DNA of 62,988 nucleotides, the filler included, from Asterionella formosa (lineage: Eukaryota), in assembly GCA_002256025.1 (NCBI GenBank). It is 12 parts of 12 records of this genome, joined end to end, with 100 filler letters (N's around TTAATTAATTAA, not from the genome) between each part and the next. Parts side by side here need not be neighbours in the genome. Positions count along the whole stretch, not along the records: positions 23,835 to 47,559 come from NKIB01002405.1; 11 more parts are not named here. One strand, written 5' to 3'. The translations under genes and the position numbers were made by a program. Within the stretch, counting starts at the first letter, position 1. The number at the start of each line of letters is the position of its first letter. This document shows, one piece after another, positions 23,896 through 33,932 of the stretch. Under the pieces are notes generated by a model that was not told the DNA's origin, did no database searches, and saw nothing but the letters and a program-made list of their open reading frames with translations.

Positions 23896-26324
23896 GTGCT
23901 CCTCTGATCGCCATGGTGGCTTGTTTGGGCCTCTCCGTCGACCTCAACTCAAACGCATCCACAGTGAGCGAACTAGATGCGATTGATGCAAACGACTCTG
24001 AGGCATTGTTGACTTATATCCACAAGAAGATGAACTACCTCTCCACATCCCGCCCGACTGCCGTCAATCTCTTTAACGCTCTTAGGGAACTAAAAGAAGT
24101 ATTGGAGAAAGCTAGAAACGGAACCGATAGAACCACCCGCGAGCGGCTTTGTGAAGCCGTCGTCAAACATGCCGAATTCATGTTGACCCGGGATGTTGCC
24201 GACAATGAAGCAATCGGGAAATGTGGAGCAGAAGCCATTTTGAGACACGTTGGACCGGGAGAAAAGGCTCGATTAGTTACCATCTGCAACACAGGCTCGT
24301 TGGCCACGGCTGGTTATGGAACGGCCCTTGGGGTGGCTCGTGCGTTGCACTCCCAAGGCAAGCTTCAGAGTATTCATGCCCTCGAGACTCGTCCGTACAA
24401 TCAAGGGTCGCGTTTGACAGCCTTTGAAATTATGGAGGAGAAAATGCCAAATGGCACCTTGATTTGTGATTCAGCGGCGGGTGCTCTGATGAAATTAAAG
24501 GGCGTGGATGCCTGTGTGGTTGGAGCTGATCGTGTGTGTGCTAATGGTGACACTGCCAATAAAATTGGAACTTACAACTTGAGTTTAGTTGCAGCAGCGC
24601 ATGGTGTTCCCTTTTATATTGCATCGCCATTCACCACGTTGGATGTATCGTTGCGTTCAGGGGATGAGATTGAGATCGAAGAAAGACCTGCTGCAGAAAT
24701 GATTGAGAGCTCCAATGCGCCTGCAAAGATGCCTTGTTGGAATCCAGCCTTTGATGTGACCCCAGCCAAGTTCATTGCTGGAATTATCACTGAAAAAGGC
24801 ATCATTGAGCCTAATGCTGATGGAACTATTGATGTGGCTGCTTTTGTGTAAGTTTTTTCTCGAGCGTACTTTTTCGTTCGTTGTCCACACGCTGCATGAG
24901 GGAGAAGAAATTAAAAGCCTGCAAACATTACATGATCAGTTTTCTGTTTATTCCTGATTTCTGTTTCCGCTCAAAAAGCTAACATTTTTGGAAACTGCAG
25001 TGAAAGGCACAGTGCAGCAGGCGCATGCGGAATGAGTACGACCGCCAAGAAACTTTTTGTCCCAAGTGACTACGTTGAGCAAAATGTGCGATCGCTGCCA
25101 GTGTATTTAGCGAAAAACGCTCATGTTGCCATGGAACACCTCGAAGCTTCATCTCCAGAAAACCTTGAATGCCAAGAAGTTGGTGATGGAAACTTGAATT
25201 TGGTCTTCATAGTGACGAACGTTGAAAATCAAAAGAAAATAATTGTGAAACAATCGTTGCCGTACGTCAGATGTGTCGGAGAATCTTGGCCGCTGACATT
25301 GGAACGTTCATTTTTTGAATATAAAGCCCTTTGCGCTGAGAAGGAAGCTTGTCCCGACTTTGTTCCTGCCGTCTACTACTTTTCCAAACCCAATGCCTTG
25401 ATGGTGATGGAATACATTCCTCCTCCTAACATTATTCTTCGCAAGGGCTTCATTGCAAAAATTCGTTACCCTACGATGGCTGCCGATATGGGAATTTTTT
25501 GTGCACACACATTGTTTAAAACGTCTGGTTTCAAGTTATCCGAGACGGAGCTCAGGCAGCAAGTACAGTTCTGGAGCACAAATGTTGAAATGTGTGCCTT
25601 GACTGAACAAGTTGTCTTTACGGAACCCTATATCTATGCCGTCAACAATCACTGGACTTCGCCTCAGCTAGACATTGACAAAGAGGCGATAGAAGGCGAT
25701 GCTGCTCTGAAAGTGGAAGCTTCCAAACTGAAGAACAAGTTTGTAACAGAGACTCAAGCGCTCCTTCATGCTGATCTGCACTCGGGCTCGGTCATGTGTT
25801 CGCCTGCATCCCACCAAACCTTTGTTATTGACCCTGAATTTGCCTTCTATGGACCAATGGGATTTGACACTGGCGCCTTCCTTGCCAATCTACTCTTGGC
25901 GTATTGTTCTCAATGGGGACATTTGAATGGCGATGATTACGCTGAATGGCTATTAGAAACCATCAAGACATTTTGGACGACTTTCGAGTCCGAATTTGTC
26001 AAACTTTGGAATGATCCTTCTGAGCATACTGGGATGGCGTATAAACGCACAGTGTTAGGTGATGATACCGCAATTGCCCTGGCTCAACAATCTTTCTTGG
26101 CCAGCATCTTTCAAGATACCGTTGGCTTTGCAGGCATGAAAATGCTCCGTCGTGTGGTGGGTATTGCTCACGTCGAAGATTTGGAGAGCATTAAAGATGC
26201 CGATGTCAGAGCAATGTGTGAACGGCACGCCTTGGAAATCGCCAAATCCTTCATCAAGGACAGGTCTATGCTAAGTTCGATTGATGACGTACTCAAGGTT
26301 GCTCGGGAGCGCAAAGGACTCTAG
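23896..26324 (+). CDS. mtnA-mtnK: Methylthioribose-1-phosphate isomerase (MtnA/MRI1) fused by splicing to methylthioribose kinase (MtnK); 5' exon(s) lost at the contig edge; intron 24848-25000
   Basis: Acceptor TTAG at 23892-23895 then (G)APLIA; MtnA motifs [60 protein letters not shown]. MtnK motifs [59 protein letters not shown]. Donor GTAAGT at 24848, branch GCTAAC at 24978 and acceptor TGCAG at 25000 give the in-frame linker [15 protein letters not shown]. Confidence 0.88.
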
Positions 26325-26342
26325 CATTATTAGTAACATATT

Positions 26343-27734
26343 TTAGCTTATATAGCTCAAGCATGACAGTTCATATCCTTGTGATCGTAGCTCCGTCTTG
26401 GTGAGGTCCCACCCACTAGACTTGCATAATGTTTTGAAGAATGGCCAAGCGTTTTGTAGTTCGGCAGATGCATTCGCTTCCGCTATATTCAATGAGTTGG
26501 GATCCTGAAGATATCGACTGAGCAACGTCGCATGAAAGTATGCTTTTGCTTGTTCTGATGGGCTTGTGTCCTCTTGAAAGGCGACCAAAACGCACGGTCT
26601 TTCGTTTTCGCTCCGGCCTGGAACAACCAAGTATCCGTCGCTCGATAACTGAAAAGCCATTTGTTGTTTATCAACATTGTAACTTTTTGACACTATCTCA
26701 TTGAAGGAGGCCCCGAACACTATAGGGCACTGTGCAACAAGCTTGCGGGTTCCAGAAAGAAAAAATAATGGTTCTTTTTTCGCAATGATTGCTGGTGTAG
26801 TCAATGTGCCGGCTTCTGGATCCCTAGTCTTCCACCATGAAAAAAACTCAAAAAGAAGCATGTTCATCCGGACTGTATTCAAGGAATCAAAGGCGATTAG
26901 CCTCATACAGGCTTTATTGGCGACAATATGCAAAATAGTTAATGATGAGTACAATACCCAAAGAGGTGCCGGTTTCAGCTGCGACACAGATCTCGCAAAC
27001 AAGGCAGCAAATACTAGCCCCAACGACCCAGTGACGGTATGCTGAGCTCCAAACTTGGCTTGAATGTCACTAATGTCCGATCCTTTGGCCCAATGCAAAT
27101 TGATCGCTCCACCACATGCTCCAGCAGCAACTCCACAAATAGCCTTGCACATGTTGCCTACGCAAATCATGGGCAAGAACAATGGTTGAGGGACAAGTGT
27201 AGCGCAAACTTCGAGAGTAATTCCGATATCGACCATGACATCGGCAAACAGGCGCCATCGCTTGATATCCGAGGAGAAACGAGACGAAGCAACCGACGTG
27301 AAGAGCAGCGTTGCTCCCATGCCACATCCATCTCTCACAATAAAGTTCATCAAGGCACTGAGGGCTGTTGCTCCCTCACGGCCCACCCCTACGCCCTCCA
27401 AAACCCGTTGTGTTGCCAGTACACCACGAAGCTGAGTGGACAGATCTTGAATCCACGACCAACTTGAGTATTTAAGGTATCCAGGCGGAGTCTTGTTTGG
27501 ATATCCAGAAGGTAAAAATGTGCTTCGAAGGCCCGCCTGAAGCTGCTTCGCCAGGGAGAGATCGGAGGAGGGCTTCTTGACGTCGGCATCCGCCTGAAGG
27601 AACGAGTAGGTTTGCGAGATGCCTCCGTCCTTTTTCGTGGAAACAACTTTGGAGATTATTTGCGGGTTAACAGCAATACAAGCAGCATGGCCGAGTAAGC
27701 ACAGCAAGAGGAGGAATAAGTATGATTTCCTCAT
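26343..27734 (-). CDS. RUS (root UVB sensitive) / DUF647 family protein with signal peptide
   Basis: FLPSGYP...YLKYSSW, VGVG, IVRDGCGM, FSSDIKRWRLFADV, KAICGVAAGA, ISDIQAKFGAQ, LNTVR motifs typical of RUS/DUF647. Confidence 0.85.
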   Translation of the reverse strand: MRKSYLFLLLLCLLGHAACIAVNPQIISKVVSTKKDGGISQTYSFLQADADVKKPSSDLSLAKQLQAGLRSTFLPSGYPNKTPPGYLKYSSWSWIQDLSTQLRGVLATQRVLEGVGVGREGATALSALMNFIVRDGCGMGATLLFTSVASSRFSSDIKRWRLFADVMVDIGITLEVCATLVPQPLFLPMICVGNMCKAICGVAAGACGGAINLHWAKGSDISDIQAKFGAQHTVTGSLGLVFAALFARSVSQLKPAPLWVLYSSLTILHIVANKACMRLIAFDSLNTVRMNMLLFEFFSWWKTRDPEAGTLTTPAIIAKKEPLFFLSGTRKLVAQCPIVFGASFNEIVSKSYNVDKQQMAFQLSSDGYLVVPGRSENERPCVLVAFQEDTSPSEQAKAYFHATLLSRYLQDPNSLNIAEANASAELQNAWPFFKTLCKSSGWDLTKTELRSQGYELSCLSYIS

Positions 27735-28478
27735 TGTCGCTCACCAGCAGATATCAGGCATCAATTAAAGTGAAAGTGGATATGACATTGACAGTGACGA
27801 TGTGCTTGTGATATTATTTATACCTGCATATGTATATGATATACCTTGTGTACCTTTATATACTACAAAGGAAAAGGGAATATCAAAGAGGACTTTTAGA
27901 GTCATGATTGTTTGGCTTCCGCCCACCCGAGGCCGCGCTCTCTACACTGCTTGTTTCTTTAGGGCTACCGGAACAACAAGTATCGTACCACGGGGTACTC
28001 CCCTACCAGGTATCATATGAATCCCGATATGCCGGCACCGGTCGTCAACGGTATCATACGTACTGTATGCATATGATACTGGTTGTGTGTGTGCAAGTAC
28101 CGGTAAACATTCTTGTTCTCATCATGATGATTCGTTGTTGGCTGGCTGTATCATACTAAACAGTTGTACTACCGGTAGGTGCCTGGTACCTGGTACCAGG
28201 TACCGGTACCACCGGCAGCTATGAAACATGAATTACAGTACATATAGCAGGTAGTAATGTATAAAAAGTGTACCGGTAATACTTTACCGCAAATGTATGT
28301 GTAGAATAGATCTATTATTCAAATATTCATACCGGTATGATGAGGATACGCAGTGTTACAGTCAGTTTTTAGTCGTCAAAAACATACCGTACGGTATCCT
28401 CATTCCATGGTTTGTTTCCCCTCGTGTCGAGTGAAATCGTTTTGCATTTCAACATCAACAAAACGGCCTTGACACAGA

Positions 28479-29450
28479 ATGACAAGCAGTACAACGGAAC
28501 AATGGAATGCCATGAGCAAATTGGTGCATTCCTTTTTTCAAAAGCCAGATGCTGGTACGTTTTCTTCGTCGCGTTGTTGTTTGATGTGAGTGCATGCGCT
28601 GTACGCTGTAATCTTGCCCTGTGAGTTCCTAACCCTACCATTTCTACTTCTCGCTCTTCCTTCTGTGCGTGTCAACAAAACCACCGAATCTATATGAAAA
28701 ATGCAGAGCCATTTCGAGAGGAAGTCAATTGGAAGATGTTGGGTACGTGGTTGTCGTATGTTTTCCTCCCTGTGCGGATGGAATCTCACTCACACTTTAT
28801 CATCCAATGACCTTTCCTACTTCTGCTGCTGCCACTGCTACTACTCAGGCCTACATGACTATCCAACCATTATCAAACACCCCATGGACTTGGGCACTGT
28901 CAAGAAGAAGCTGGCTGCGAATGCTTACGCCACCGTCTTTGACTGCCATGGAGATGTACGTTTGGTATGGAACAATTGCATGACCTACAATCAAGATGGA
29001 AGTGATTTCTTCATCTTGGCGCAAACCCTGTCCAAGAAATGGGAAGAAAGATTTCAAAAACTAGTCCAGGACTTTGGACTGGGCGTGGGGGGCAACAGCA
29101 AATCTACGAACGTTGTGAGCTTGGAAGACAAGCGGGCCTTCGCCAAACTCTTATACAAACTTACCAAGGAGGACTTGGGGAAAATAGTGGTCGATTTGGA
29201 TAACAAAAGTCCACAGGCCTTGGTCAAGAATGTGACTGAAGATGAGATGGAACTCAATGTCGACCTAATTACACCAGCTGTCTTTTTGGAAATGCTGGCA
29301 TTTGCCACGGAATGTGTCAAAACCTACAATGCGCCTTCCACGAAGAAGGGAACAACGACTACTGCTAGTGCCGCAAGTGCAACCAGCATGACAGGTACCA
29401 ATACTAATACAACGACGAAACCCGCCGCAAAGAAACAAAAACTGGGTTGA
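28479..29450 (+). CDS. Small bromodomain + ET/NET-domain protein (BET/GTE-like); introns 28555-28706 and 28743-28848
   Basis: Splicing (GTACGT donors, CAG acceptors, 36-nt micro-exon 28707-28742) gives MTSSTTEQW...[34 protein letters not shown]...DVRLVWNNCMTYN; ET-like SLEDKRAFAKLLYKL...EMELNVD; C-terminal NLS-like PAAKKQKL. Confidence 0.88.
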
Positions 29451-30085
29451 CAAATGAATTTATTATATTGTGGCACTCTGGCATGTTGTTGGAATTCATG
29501 ACTCCTTGATATATTACTGCCTACAGGATATTTTATATAATAGTACGCAACAACAACAACAATACCAGTATTTCTTTCAAGAGAAATTCGATTCTCTGAT
29601 GCATTGTTACTTCCCTTGTTGTAGTTCATGAAGGCTGATAATCCCACCATCACTTAAGTATTGGCACTATGACTGATGCCAATTTCTCCATTCCAATGCC
29701 TTCTAGCTTCACATTTGCCTTTGCATACATGCTGCAACTCCATCATTCGATCCGTGCATCTATGGCTGCGATGATTGGGGAAGCAGAAGTATGGCGATAA
29801 AACAATGCAGCAAGTGCCCATTACACATTCTCTACCTTGTTCGTTACTCCAAAGTAGTTTTCCGCAGGGAATAACAGTGGTACCAATCATGATGAGAGTA
29901 CCAGGAACCATAATCTAACAAATTATGGCATCATTGTAACCGTCGCATTGCTTCACTTCGTATTCAACAATCAGTTGACATTTATTGCTTACTTATGATA
30001 GGGCCATTATAACATACCATACTTCTACACGAAAAAAAATAAACGCATCATTGTGGGTTGGTGACTTTCAATCAAAACCGGACAA

Positions 30086-32137
30086 TTAGATCTCTGATTT
30101 CATCTCTCCTCTGATAACTGAAGCTTGGGCCGGCGACAACGAAAAGGCTTTCAACATCTTTGCTTGTTCCTTTTGTACCGACGCAGGGGTTTCACTAAGT
30201 TCCGCAGCCACTACAAATGTGATTGGTCGAGGTGCAATTTTCACCAATGCAATTGTGTCACTCCACATGATATTGGTAATCGGGCGTCGTATATCCACTC
30301 CCGCAGCTTCGCGAACGACATCGCCGATTTCAATGAGTCCCTTGCGAACAATGGCCGACCTTGCAGTGTTCGGCGTCACCGAAAATACACGAACAATGCC
30401 ATCCGCTCCGCGGTTCAGTTTTATTCCCAAAGATTCTGAAAGAAACATAATAACACGCTCTGGCCCAACATGGAGACTTGATGGAGTTCGCGGTGATTGC
30501 TGAGGCCATTCTTTTGGCATGGATGGAAGGTTTGGTGATGCAATTATAGCCTATGGAAGTGCAAGATGAGAAAATGGGAGTTGGGAAAATTATAAACGTA
30601 AGCATTCGTCAAGAAATAAGACACTCACCTCTTCCCTTGTAACAAAACGAGGCGGAGGTAACTTGGGGACAACACTTTTAGTGCTTCTGGATGATACGAC
30701 TGATCGATCATCTTCGGCACCTTCTATTTGTTCTCGGAACGCCTCCTGAGCCTTTTCGAAATACGCCTGATCGAACATGCTCATAGACTCTCCTTCTGGC
30801 AACATCTCAATGCAATTTTCAAAGGCTTCAATCGAGTCGAGATAATTCTTCAAGTAAAACTCTGACTTGGCCAAGGTCGAATAGGCCTCTGGTGTTGGCC
30901 TTATTTTGACCGCCAAAGCAGCATCATTGCGGGCAGACATATGCCGCCTGGATCCATTCAATGCATGTGCTCGCCCTAAATGTAGCTCTGGAGATAAAAA
31001 TGGATCGTCCGGAATCAAGAACAATGCGGCTGAATATTCTTCAATGGCTTGCTTGTACTTTTTCGCCATCAGCAATCGATTTGCCCGTTGTTGAAGCCTC
31101 AAAGCTTCATCAAAGTCAGGATCATCTTCTGGTTCTTCCCCCTCGGTCATTGGTGTCGTTGGTAACTGGTTTCCCGTCTTGACTTCACGTGGTGGATTCT
31201 GGTTTGCGACGGCCTGCATAATGGCGGCACTCGAGCTTCTAAAGCCAGACTGTACCACAGCAGATGCACGAAGAGGATCCGTCGCAATTGAATTGGCAAC
31301 GGTTTTTGTCAAGGACTGCTCGTCTGCCATGGAATAGTCTTCTCCTCGTGATTGCCTGGCAGACTTTTCTCGTTGACGGATAAGTTTGGCCCTTGCCTTT
31401 TCCAAATAAGTCCTTGTCACACCATTATCGGGCTCGTAATTGACAGCATCCTCATACGCGGCGACGGCACCTGCATAGTCTTTTAAAAAGTAAAGCGACT
31501 GTCCGAGACGGGCGTGGGCTTTGCCAAAGGTGGGGGCTAGAGCCACGGCGCGACGAGAGTCTGTCGCTGCAGCGGAGTAGCGCTTCAACGACAGGAGGGC
31601 AGCCGCACGGTTGGACAAGAAAACATGAGACGAAGGTCCAACTGGTGAGAGCTGCAATGCAGCCGAGTATGCATTGTATGCGCGAGTGTATTCCTGCGCA
31701 ACCGACAAGGGTTAACATCGGTGCAAAGGGAACCGTCGACAAAGCATGTGTCCTGTCTCAAGACTTACCTGGGCAGCCATGTGTTTGTTTCCAAGCGCCT
31801 TCATTCGTTCAGCTTCCATGTGAAGCTGCTCCAGCTGCTCCGCATCTAACAATGCATCGTCGTGCTCAAATGCGTCTTGTTCTTCTTGGTCGTCTCCGTA
31901 GTGGGGATGCTGTGCATTGGGCGGACTTGGAGGTGAAAGCAGATCATGAGGTCTATTGTACACCGAATCTCGTTGCTGGGCGGAGAGAACTTCCTGAGGA
32001 CGATTGTAGCCACGCCGATACACAATCTCTTCTGGACCGCCGACGCGGTAATCGTACTCGGCATCAACAGGCCTGGGCCTGCCAGTATTTATCGAGGGCG
32101 GCGCCAGCGTGCGAAAGCCGCTGCTCACCTGGGCCAT
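30086..32137 (-). CDS. TPR-repeat protein (two SGT-like TPR clusters) with C-terminal PDZ-like domain; introns 31694-31768 and 30551-30628
   Basis: AERMKALGNKHMAAQ|EYTRAYNAYSAAL...SNRAAALL...GKAHARLG; second TPR set; PDZ-like SLGIKL...IEIGDVV...RPITFVV; both introns are GT-AG and in frame. Confidence 0.85.
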
Positions 32138-32535
32138 TGTGAAATGCTTTCTTCAAGAGGAATTGACTGTGTTGATTCAATCAACGCTCAAGTCGTCCGG
32201 ATATTGAGCGAGTCTTGTGGAGTTGCTTAAGATGTTCACCGTTGGTACCTGGTAGTGAGGTGATGTGGTCGGTTGTCATCAACTGGACTTTGGCCAATGA
32301 ATGCTGTCTTTCAAGGTGAATGTTGACATTTCCGTCCTTCGTCATGCATACATGCATGCCTACATATAATTTACTGTTCACTCATGACTGGTGTAGCTAC
32401 ATATTACAGTTGGGTATTACAGTACTGGTACACAATATATGTACCGGTATATCAATGTTAGCTGGACCAGGATATGGTACCTGGTACACTGGTGTGGAGC
32501 ACCAGGTCCGTTGGTAACGTAAGAGCTAGTTAGTA

Positions 32536-33206
32536 CCTGCAAGTTGCGGTAATTTTGCTTCCTCGTGTGCGTATGTGCACCCGGTACAAATTCCCAAAAC
32601 AGACAAATATTTCCCGACTCGGCAGCCGTTAAGAAATCAAAGTATGAAACTTCTATAGGTTCGCGCCCGCCGGCCGTATAAAGGATAAATTCAGATAATT
32701 GGGTACAAAACAGGTTCTGACGGATTGTAATTTTGGGTTAAAGTACTTAGGGACAACGTTAGTTTTAAACAAACGGACTCTATTTTAGCAAAACTACTTT
32801 AAGAATATATTTAGCAAATTCGAAAAGGAATCTATGTAAATATATACGCAAATTTTCACTGATTTAAATATTTTAAAAGGAATCATGTAATACAAAAAAT
32901 ATCTAATTAAATTCTTAATTCCAGGGATTTTGGCAAACCTAAGCGATATTTTAATTTTTGCCTATGTAGGGGTTCAAATGCAGGGACCTTGAAGCAAAAC
33001 GGACCTACATTAAGCAAAACCAGCAGAAACAAATGGCAGATTAAAGCTAAAAGTACAATGGAACAACAAGCCGGCCAGGTTGGTTGGTTCATTCAACGGA
33101 TATCAAGAAGAGACACATGAATCGACTTGGAATTGGAACCAGTATTGCCGGGACGACGTCGAATGTACGTGGAACAAGATATATCAAAATTACTGCAACT
33201 TGCTGG
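32536..33206. mobile_element. Longer (671 bp) non-autonomous element with the same TIRs as the 96-bp MITE
   Basis: TA|CCTGCAAGTTGCGGTAATTTTG at the left end and CAAAATTACTGCAACTTGCTGG at the right; AT-rich non-coding interior. Confidence 0.75.
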
Positions 33207-33399
33207 AAGTAGCTATTATGTATATGTACACACGGACTAACTGTAGGTATTCTGTTTGCCGAGCAGTCGACATGACGCCAATCGGTTCGTCTATAACGTA
33301 TGTACCGTTGAAATACCATTGGTCATTGTGTTTGCATGCTCGTCGCCAAGGCAGGCACCAACATTTGTCCGCCGTCCGATAGGATCTGGTGGTCTACTA

Positions 33400-33706
33400 C
33401 GGTACCAGTACCTGCCATGGTACCCATCATCACACAGTGATGACCAAATACCATATGTAGGTATAATCTACCTGGTACCGGTACCAGGACCAAACCTGGT
33501 AAATACGGAGTACCTGGTACTGGTACCAGGTACCCTGGTCGGGAACACTCATGGACTACCGGTATCATCATATAAATTATTATGATGCATACAGCAGTGG
33601 GTATACGTCACGGAAAACACGACCACATATTGTGACACTGGTACCTGGTACCAGGTACCAGGTAACCAGGTACCGGTACCAGGTACCAGGGTACCTGGTA
33701 CCAGGT
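33400..33706. repeat. Cluster and tandem array of TACCAGG/TACCTGG/TACCGG palindromic units
   Basis: For example 33640-33705 ggtacctggtaccaggtaccaggtaaccaggtaccggtaccaggtaccagggtacctggtaccagg. Similar clusters at 3372-3415, 28170-28210, 48808-48960 and 60678-60702. Confidence 0.9.
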
Positions 33707-33932
33707 TCTTCACAGCACATGTGAACGAGCGAACCCCCATCAGACATTTGACTATCTGATATATACCTATATTTTTCTTTTATCAAGCAAGCGCTCAAGT
33801 TAAGACATGAAAATTGCACTGTTGCTCAACAGTCTCGACTATTACTCGTTCCTACCTTCACAACCAGTCGAGAGGACAGTCATTCGCAATTGAACATCAC
33901 TCCTTTTTTGAACGACGAGAAACTAGACGAGA

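Noticed and set aside
33400..33706. CRISPR-like or restriction-site (KpnI/AgeI) array
   Set aside because: Units are 6-7 bp with no unique spacers, there are no cas or methylase genes, and the context is eukaryotic.
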